The position numbers were made by a program, and so were the translations under genes. Positions 17,927 through 24,770 of a DNA stretch of 24,770 bases are shown in pieces; within the stretch, counting starts at the first letter, position 1; every line of letters starts with the position of its first letter. The DNA is from Candidatus Cloacimonas sp. 4484_140 (GTDB lineage: Bacteria; Cloacimonadota; Cloacimonadia; JGIOTU-2), in contig MVCT01000003.1 in the NCBI GenBank assembly GCA_002049945.1, positions 1-24,770 on the forward strand. Direction: 5' to 3'. The notes under the pieces were generated by a model. That model ran no database searches. It was not told where the DNA came from and worked only from the letters and a program-made list of their open reading frames with translations.

Positions 17927-19199
17927 AGCATTTTTCTTCCTTCCACCGACAACGATCTCATCAACCTTGATCGTCGGCTGTCCAACGCATGTGGGGATGC
18001 TGCCGCTCTGAGAACCGCACATTCCTTCTGCCATTTCCAGATCATTGCTTATCATGCTGATCTTCTTTAAGATATCACGACCGTTTCCAATCAAAGTAGC
18101 ACCGCGCACCGGTTTGGTAACTTTCCCTTTTTCAACAAGATATCCTTCGCTAACAGAAAAATTAAATTCACCAGTTCCTGGCTGAACAGAACCGCCACCC
18201 ATTTTTTTGGCGTACAAACCAAAATCGACGGAAGATATCATGTCATCAATTGTATCGGTTCCTGTGTCGATGAAGGTATTTCTCATTCGAGATGTTGGGG
18301 CAAATTTATACGATTGTCTTCTTCCGCTTCCAGTGGAAGGAGTACAGATCTTCATTCCACCGAGTTTGTCAATCATAAAGGATTTGAGAACACCTTTGTC
18401 TATCAGAACAGTTCTCTTAGTGGGACTGCCTTCATCATCGATCGTACTTGAGCCCCATTTATTTGGAATCGTTCCGTCATCTATCGCAGTAAGGCATGAG
18501 TTGGCAATTTGTGTTTCCAGCTTATCGGCAAATACAGAAGCCCCTTTAGCAACAGATGTGGTCTCAAGAGAATGTCCGCACGCCTCATGAAATATTACGC
18601 CACCAAAGGCTATTACGCCACCAAAGGCGTTTCCAATAATGATGGGAAATTTACCACTTGGAGCATAATCAGCGAGAAGCATTTTTACAGCTCTTTCTGC
18701 TGTTGTTCTACCTAGTTCTTCAGGATCGAGACTTTGCAATCATTACTTGCTGGGCTTTTTCCATATAATTAATAATTACTTGTGAAATATAAGCAGAGAA
18801 ATTTCTTGATGCGGTATCAATTGAATGAATTAATGCAATTTTATCCTGATGAGGAACCGAGTCAAAAGGAATGAGGATTTTGTGTGTAGAATCATACAGT
18901 GTTTCAGTCAAATCGATGACTGTTAAAGTTTTGTTTCCAATCTCTGCCTTACTTACGGCTTCTGCCGCTTTTAGAAGTCCTTTTTCTGAAACATCATTTG
19001 TAAAAGCATAGATCGCTTTATGTCCATAAAAAACCCGTACCCCAGCCCCGTAATCGTTTCCATTGATGGACTTTACTATTTTGCTATCGAGCAACTGCAT
19101 CGTAGAGCTGATTGAATCTTCAAAAAAAAGTTCAGAAAAATCTGCTCCATTTGAGAGTGCCTTTTGAAGGACTCTCTCAATTATTGATTTTTTTATCAT
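17924..19199 (-). pseudogene. tldD: TldD metallopeptidase, frameshifted with a large internal deletion plus an in-frame 18-nt duplication
   Basis: The 5' frame MIKKSIIERVLQKALSNGADFSELFFED...QQVMIA joins directly, in another frame, to SLDPEELGR...HEACGH...TGSGRRQSY...RMRNT...GQPT. The frames overlap at 18720-18739; the fused length of about 420 aa is short of a typical ~460-aa TldD. Confidence 0.87.
18593..18628. repeat. Exact 18-nt tandem duplication inside tldD
   Basis: TATTACGCCACCAAAGGC x2 (18593-18610, 18611-18628), giving AFGGVI-AFGGVI two residues before HEACGH. Confidence 0.97.
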
Positions 19200-19241
19200 T
19201 GTACCTCCATGCTGTGCTCAGGCTTGAAAAGTGGACATTAC

Positions 19242-19293
19242 TGTCAAGAAAGTGTAAAATATTTTGACAATAAATTACACAAATAAATAAGCT
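19242..19293. promoter_or_regulatory. Back-to-back divergent promoters for tldD (-) and queD (+)
   Basis: TGTCAA (19242-19247)-N16-TTGACA (19264-19269). + strand -10 candidate TAAGCT (19288-19293, 18-nt spacer); the - strand -10 is unclear. Confidence 0.45.
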
Positions 19294-19310
19294 TATATGT
19301 TGAGGCAGAA

Positions 19311-19691
19311 ATGTTTATAATTAATATTAAAAGTAATTTCAGCGCTGCCCATAATCTTGTGGGCTATAAAGGTGACTGCGCAAAGGTGCATGGACACAAC
19401 TGGAATGTTCGTCTTGCACTTAGATGTAATAAAATTGATGGGCTTGGAATGACTATAGATTTCAAGATATTGAAAAAGGAATTTAACAAGCTTTTGCAAG
19501 AATTCGACCATGAAAATCTTAATAGTTTAAAATGCTTTAGTAATTGCAATCCTACTTCAGAGATAATTGCAAAAAAGATTTTTCAAAAAGCTCAGTTGGT
19601 TTTTAATAATGAGAGCACTTCAGTATATGAAATCGAAGTAAGCGAATCAGAGAAATATTCTGTTATTTATAGACCTCATGAAAATACTTGA
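19311..19691 (+). CDS. queD: 6-carboxy-5,6,7,8-tetrahydropterin synthase (QueD/PTPS)
   Basis: FSAAHNL, C-x-x-x-HGHNW, IDF, DH-x-x-LN, NPTSE, E-x-x-ES motifs; GAGG RBS. Confidence 0.93.
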   Translation: MFIINIKSNFSAAHNLVGYKGDCAKVHGHNWNVRLALRCNKIDGLGMTIDFKILKKEFNKLLQEFDHENLNSLKCFSNCNPTSEIIAKKIFQKAQLVFNNESTSVYEIEVSESEKYSVIYRPHENT

Positions 19692-20310
19692 TTCGAAATT
19701 TGTTGAGAGCGCATATAAGTTTTCTGACCTTTCAGAAAGCGATTTGCCCGAAATAGCATTTATCGGCCGATCTAATGTTGGGAAATCTTCTTTAATAAAT
19801 GCATTACTTCAAAGAAAGAATCTCGCCCAGATCAGCAAGAAACCCGGCAAAACCCGAACGATAAACATTTTCGAGGTGTCATCCAGATATGGCGATCAAA
19901 AGGGAAAACTTAACTTTGCTGATCTTCCCGGATACGGCTATGCAAAAATTCCTAAGAAGATGCAACAAGCATGGAAAACGCTAATCGATAATTACATTTC
20001 CAAGAGAAAAAATCTTTGCGGGTTAGTATTGATAGTGGATATACGGCATGATGCGGATAAAAAAGATATTGAAGCAAAAGAATGGATCGTGTCTCATGGA
20101 AAAGAAATATTGCTTGTTCCCACAAAAGCGGACAAGTTAAGCAAATCACAAGCAGCAATAAAGATAAGGACTCTAAAAGATAAATTTTTATTATTACCAC
20201 ATCACGAAATTATTGGATTTTCTTCAAAATCAAAGATTGGTAAGGAAGAAATATTACAATGGATCGGGCAAATTATTGAGTCAGCTACGAATGGAGATGT
20301 TATATGTTAG
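19678..20310 (+). CDS. engB: Ribosome biogenesis GTP-binding protein YihA/YsxC
   Basis: PEIAFIGRSNVGKSSLIN, PGKT, DLPGYGYAK, D-x-RH, TKADK. Confidence 0.97.
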   Translation: MKILDSKFVESAYKFSDLSESDLPEIAFIGRSNVGKSSLINALLQRKNLAQISKKPGKTRTINIFEVSSRYGDQKGKLNFADLPGYGYAKIPKKMQQAWKTLIDNYISKRKNLCGLVLIVDIRHDADKKDIEAKEWIVSHGKEILLVPTKADKLSKSQAAIKIRTLKDKFLLLPHHEIIGFSSKSKIGKEEILQWIGQIIESATNGDVIC

Positions 20311-22172
20311 AAAAAGTGAAAAATCCCGATGATCTTAAGAAGTTAGATTTACTTGAACTTAAAGAATTATGCAAAGACTTAAGACATAGAATTATTGAAG
20401 TTACGTCAAAAAAAGGCGGGCACCTTGCTCCGAGTCTCGGGGTGGTCGAACTCACCGTTGCTCTTTTAAATGTATTTGACCCGCTAAAAAATAGAATTAT
20501 ATGGGATGTCGGACATCAATCTTATGCATATAAAATATTAACAGAAAGAAATGAAGCATTTGAGAACTTACGGCAATACGGCGGATTAAGTGGTTTTAAT
20601 TCGATATCAGAAAGTAAATATGATGCTTTTGGTGTTGGACATAGCAGCACAGCACTATCGGCTGCACTAGGTATTTCGGTTGGAAAAGAACATAAAAAAA
20701 ATCCGGCTAAAACTGTAGTTGTCATTGGAGATGGTGCACTCACCGCAGGTGAAGCATTTGAAGGACTCAATAATATTGGCGGTTTGAAAAAAGACATTAT
20801 TGTCATTCTTAATGATAATTCAATGTCTATATCGAAAAATGTCGGTGGAATGCATCATTATTTGGCAAATGTGCTTTCGGGCAGACACTATAACCGCATC
20901 AAAAATGATGTGTGGGACATGGTGCAAACGCTTCCAGGAGTAGTAAGGAATAAGATCATAAAAGGTGCCCGCAGATTTGAAGAGAGCATACTCAATATGG
21001 TCATACCAAATAGTCTCTTCGAGGATCTGGGTTTCAGATACGTAGGACCGATCAACGGACATGATCTGCCGACTACAATAAAAATATTAAAACAGGTTCG
21101 AAATAATATTAGCGAACCGGCACTTATACACGTAATTACAAAAAAAGGGAAGGGGTATGAATTTGCTGAAAATGATGCAATAAAATTTCATGGAATATCA
21201 TCATTCAACAACATAACCGGCGAGATCAATAAAGCACATGTTAAACACCCCTTACCTTCATATTCTAAGGTATTTGGGGATACGCTAATTGAGATAGCAC
21301 AAAAGGATAAAGATGTAGTTGCGATAACTGCAGCAATGTGTGATGGAACAGGTCTGAATGAATTTCGAAAGAGATTTCCCGATAGATTGTATGACGTTGG
21401 TATTGCAGAACAGCATGCCGTAACCTTTGCGGCGGGAATGGCTACAGAAGGCTTAAAACCTTATGTAGCAATATATTCTACATTTCTCCAGCGAGCATTT
21501 GATCAGATTATTCATGATGTTGCCCTGCAGAAGCTTCCAGTGAAATTCGCTATAGATAGAAGTGGGCTCGTAGGCGAAGACGGACCGACCCACCATGGCG
21601 CTTTTGATATATCTTTTATGAGCTGCATCCCAAATATGGTTATTATCGCCCCTAAAGATGGGGATGAACTGAGGAGAATGCTTCTATTCATGAATAACTA
21701 TCAAAAGGGACCAATTGCTATACGCTATCCCAGGGGTCGGATAGGTGTATATGATTTTGGGAAACAAAGAATTAGCTTGGGTAAATCGGAAGTAATCTAT
21801 AAAGGAGAAAAAACAGCAATTATCTGCGCCGGAACAAGTTTTAAGATAGGGCTTGAGGTTTATAATAAGCTTAAGAAAAAAAAGATAAACACATTCCTTA
21901 TAAATGCCCGGTTCATTAAACCTCTCGATAAGGGTATGTTGAAGAATCTACATGAGAAGAAAGTTAAAAACATAATTACGATTGAGGAAAATGCTCTTTA
22001 TGGAGGATTTGGTTCCGCAGTTATAGAAAGTTGCAACGAATTGAATCTCTCATTTAATATAACTCGTTTTGGGCTTCCGGATGAATTTGTTACTTATGGT
22101 GATGCGAATATTTTAAGAGAAAAGATTGGTCTTACAGCACAAAATATTTATTCATATATACTCACATTATGA
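20304..22172 (+). CDS. dxs: 1-deoxy-D-xylulose-5-phosphate synthase
   Basis: GGHL-x-x-SLG, WDVGHQSY, GHSST, GDGALT-x-G...NDN, DVGIAEQH, YSTFLQRAFDQ, GEDGPTHHG, IRYPRG; 622 aa, intact. Confidence 0.98.
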   Translation: MLEKVKNPDDLKKLDLLELKELCKDLRHRIIEVTSKKGGHLAPSLGVVELTVALLNVFDPLKNRIIWDVGHQSYAYKILTERNEAFENLRQYGGLSGFNSISESKYDAFGVGHSSTALSAALGISVGKEHKKNPAKTVVVIGDGALTAGEAFEGLNNIGGLKKDIIVILNDNSMSISKNVGGMHHYLANVLSGRHYNRIKNDVWDMVQTLPGVVRNKIIKGARRFEESILNMVIPNSLFEDLGFRYVGPINGHDLPTTIKILKQVRNNISEPALIHVITKKGKGYEFAENDAIKFHGISSFNNITGEINKAHVKHPLPSYSKVFGDTLIEIAQKDKDVVAITAAMCDGTGLNEFRKRFPDRLYDVGIAEQHAVTFAAGMATEGLKPYVAIYSTFLQRAFDQIIHDVALQKLPVKFAIDRSGLVGEDGPTHHGAFDISFMSCIPNMVIIAPKDGDELRRMLLFMNNYQKGPIAIRYPRGRIGVYDFGKQRISLGKSEVIYKGEKTAIICAGTSFKIGLEVYNKLKKKKINTFLINARFIKPLDKGMLKNLHEKKVKNIITIEENALYGGFGSAVIESCNELNLSFNITRFGLPDEFVTYGDANILREKIGLTAQNIYSYILTL

Positions 22173-23553
22173 TTAATCATAATGACACGATTGCAGCAGT
22201 TTCGACACCGCCTGGAATTGGTGGGATTTCTGTAATTAGAATAAGCGGAGTAGATTGTACTAAAATTCTTGAGAAAATATTTAAATCCAATCTCTCTGCG
22301 AAAGAGATGCAGTCACACCACATATATTATGGTAAAATCTTTGATGACAATTCATTGATAGATGAAGTACTTGTTTCTGTTTTTAAGAAACCAAACAGTT
22401 TTACAGGAGAGGATGTTTTAGAAATAAGTTGTCACGGAGGTTCCTTCGTTACTCAACGAGTACTTCAGACAATTCTGAGGAATGGTGCGAGGCATGCCGA
22501 AAAAGGCGAATTTACAAAAAGAGCATTTCTTAATGGCAAGATCGATCTCACTGAAGCAGAAGCAGTGATAGATCTTATACAGGCATCAACAAAGCATTCT
22601 CTGGAATCAGCGCTATTTCAACTGGAAGGAAAGCTGCACCACGCCATTAAATTAATTTTGGATGATATTTCAACAATAAGATCAGAAATTGAGCTGGACA
22701 TAGATTTTTCTGATCAAGGGTTAGAGCACAAAAAATATGAAGATTATCTTATTGTACTTAAAGAGATTAAAACAAAGATCGGAAGATTGATCTCATCGGC
22801 ACAAGAGGGATTGATACTACATGATGGTTACAGGGTTGTTATCGCAGGACCTCCTAATGCAGGAAAGTCAAGTGTGTTCAATAAAATAATTGAGAACGAA
22901 AGAGCGATAGTGACAGAAATTCCAGGTACAACAAGAGATTATATTGAAGAAGATATTGCTCTTGAGGGCTATTTAATAAAACTCTTCGATACTGCGGGTT
23001 TAAGAGAAAGGGCTGATGAAATTGAGCGATTTGGCATAGAAAAAGCATATAAGATTTTGAAGAACGCACATCTTATTTTATGGATTGAAGATTGTACTGT
23101 TTCACGTGAAACATCTATTCCGAGTTTTGAGGGAACAAAATTGATATCTGTTATGAATAAATCGGATTTATTCCGAGTTTTGAGGGAACAAAATTGATAT
23201 CTGTTATGAATAAATCGGATTTAATTGAAAAGAAAGAAATAGAAGTGGAAGAATTAATCTTCGTTTCAGCAAAAACAGGCAATGGAATAAACCGGCTGAA
23301 GCAAGAAATAATTAAAAATGTTGATATACAGAAATTTGATCTAACTGGTGGTATTATCAGTCAGCTCAGTGCTGCAGAGAAAAGTTTGAAAGCAATAAAC
23401 CAGGCAATAGAAACGACAGAAGCAGAAAAAGGGCTTGAATTTATTGCTTTTGATCTTCATGAAGCAAGTGAATATCTTGAGGAAATAATTGGTAAAATCA
23501 GCAGTGAAGATATAATAAATTCGATATTTGATCGATTTTGTGTAGGAAAATAA
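22169..23553 (+). pseudogene. mnmE: tRNA modification GTPase MnmE (TrmE), frameshifted by a 53-nt tandem duplication
   Basis: DTIAAVSTPPG-x-GGI, SFTGED, CHG, GEFTKRAFLNGKIDL, GPPNAGKSS, GTTRD, DTAG, NKSD, SAKTG and terminal FCVGK. Removing one repeat copy gives a continuous 443-aa ORF. Confidence 0.92.
23116..23221. repeat. Exact 53-nt tandem duplication inside mnmE
   Basis: TATTCCGAGTTTTGAGGGAACAAAATTGATATCTGTTATGAATAAATCGGATT x2 (23116-23168, 23169-23221), with 2-nt TA microhomology at the right end. Confidence 0.97.
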
Positions 23554-23558
23554 TTGAA

Positions 23559-24770
23559 TTAGCTGTTAAGAACTTCTCGTACTTTATCTACTAAAGAATC
23601 AGGTGCAAATGGTTTTTGAATGAAGTTAGTCCCGGGTTCGAGCACGCCGCGATTGCGCATTTCTTCACCAGTATAGCCGGACATGAAAATAATTTTGAGT
23701 TCAGGTTTTTCGACCTCTATCCTTTTAGCCAGTTCTTTTCCATTCATCTCCGGCATGATAACATCAGTAAGCATAAGGTCGATTGGATCTGTATACTCTT
23801 TTGTTACTTCAAGTGCGTTTAAGCCGTTATAAGCGGTAATAACCTTGAAACCCTCGTCTTCCAGAATTTCTGTTACAAGGTCCCTTACCATCTCTTGATC
23901 CTCGACGAGTAGTATAGTATATTGTTTATCTACAGATGATGATACAATTGGGGTGATCTCCACTTTTTCATGCTCAAAAACTTCTTCCTCAACCGGTTCA
24001 ATTAGAGGAAAATAGATTCTGAAAGTAGTACCTTTACCAATTTGGCTGTCAACCTCGATTCCACCATTACTTTGCTTGATAATTCCATATACAGTTGCAA
24101 GACCGAGTCCAGTACCTTTGCCTACTTTCTTTGTTGTAAAGAAGGGCTCAAATATTCGAGAAACAGTATCCTTGCTCATACCGGAACCTGTATCTGTCAC
24201 ATCAATAACAGCATAATTTCCTGGACTAAGTGATTCGACATGTCCAATAATTTCATCCTCATGAATAGTATAAGAATAAGTTTTAATCGTAAGTTTTCCA
24301 CCATTATGAATAGCATCTCTCGAATTCACAGCAAGGTTCATGAGTATCTGATCAATCTGATTACTATCTGCTTTTATAAATAAATTATCCTCAAACTCAG
24401 TATTTAAAATTATGTCCTCGCCAATTAATCTTTGAAGCATCTCTCGAACATCTTCAATTACTTTATTCAGATTGAGGATTCTTGGTTCGATTATTTGCTG
24501 CCTGCTGAAAGTGAGAAGTTGCTTAGTCAATGAAGCAGCTCTGCCACCGGCTTTGCGGATTTCTTTCAGCTCACCATAAATCGGATCTGATTTATTCAAT
24601 TTCCGAAGTAGAAGATCGCAGCGTCCATTGATTGCGGTTAGCAGATTGTTGAAATCGTGCGCAACTCCACCAGCAAGACGGCCTATGGTTTCCATCTTTT
24701 GTGTTTGACGAAGCTTCTCTTCACTTTCCTTTAACTCTTGCTCAAGTTTTTTGGATTCTGTAATATCTTC
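23559..24770 (-). CDS. Hybrid sensor histidine kinase/receiver (CckA-like), 5'-partial
   Basis: The frame stays open to the window edge (EDITESKKLEQELKESEEKLRQTQKMETIG; DITE-x-K suggests a preceding PAS). H-box GGVAHDFNNLL, N-box QILMNLAVNSRDA, D-x-G-x-GM, FEPFFTTK, G-x-GLGL; receiver LLVED...LTDVIMP...QKPF. Confidence 0.95.
   Translation of the reverse strand, partial: EDITESKKLEQELKESEEKLRQTQKMETIGRLAGGVAHDFNNLLTAINGRCDLLLRKLNKSDPIYGELKEIRKAGGRAASLTKQLLTFSRQQIIEPRILNLNKVIEDVREMLQRLIGEDIILNTEFEDNLFIKADSNQIDQILMNLAVNSRDAIHNGGKLTIKTYSYTIHEDEIIGHVESLSPGNYAVIDVTDTGSGMSKDTVSRIFEPFFTTKKVGKGTGLGLATVYGIIKQSNGGIEVDSQIGKGTTFRIYFPLIEPVEEEVFEHEKVEITPIVSSSVDKQYTILLVEDQEMVRDLVTEILEDEGFKVITAYNGLNALEVTKEYTDPIDLMLTDVIMPEMNGKELAKRIEVEKPELKIIFMSGYTGEEMRNRGVLEPGTNFIQKPFAPDSLVDKVREVLNS

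Noticed and set aside
17743-18045. ORFs crossing the tldD-pmbA spacer (17743-18045 -, 17660-17905 +, and the 17751-17798 extension)
   Set aside because: They are translations of repeat DNA or antisense frames with no recognisable motif.
17244-18739. TTGCAA palindrome at or near both deletion junctions (17244-17249 and 18734-18739)
   Set aside because: The hexamer is common in this AT-rich window (Ile/Leu-Ala-Asn/Lys codons), lies on different sides of the two breaks and is absent at the duplication ends. It cannot be separated from chance.
17240-18740. Programmed ribosomal frameshifting as the explanation for split tldD and pmbA
   Set aside because: The shifts go in opposite directions (+1 and -1), there is no canonical slippery heptamer, and both junctions appear to lack coding sequence.
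688-24233. Remaining short alternative-frame and antisense ORFs in the track
   Set aside because: They lie wholly within well-supported genes and show no motifs; treated as shadow ORFs.
1-24770. CRISPR array, tRNA, rRNA, transposase or prophage
   Set aside because: No regularly spaced repeat-spacer units, cloverleaf, rRNA signature or mobile-element protein was seen on reading both strands.

Overview
AT-rich bacterial core-genome window with no phage, IS transposase, CRISPR array, rRNA or tRNA recognised. Gene content (C25/PorV envelope genes, large SRP RNA, compact rnpA) suggests a diderm FCB-related lineage such as Cloacimonadota, but this is inference only. Left to right: partial cinA (-); a tight + strand run of FecR/beta-barrel fusion, purD, a 1642-aa PorU/gingipain-like C25 protein with a T9SS-type CTD, and a PorV-family barrel; a 507-bp intergenic mosaic of palindromic repeats; then a long - strand block (tldD, pmbA, nitrilase, rpmH, rnpA, yidD, yidC, SRP RNA, radical SAM, DUF401, TIGR00725); a + strand queD-engB-dxs-mnmE operon; and a partial hybrid histidine kinase (-). 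Three features absent from the ORF track were read by hand: the cinA 5' end, rpmH (L34) and a 268-nt Bacillus-type large (Alu-domain) SRP RNA starting 10 nt after the yidC stop. tldD, pmbA and mnmE are each broken by a frameshifting deletion or exact tandem duplication; real decay versus assembly artefact cannot be decided from sequence alone.
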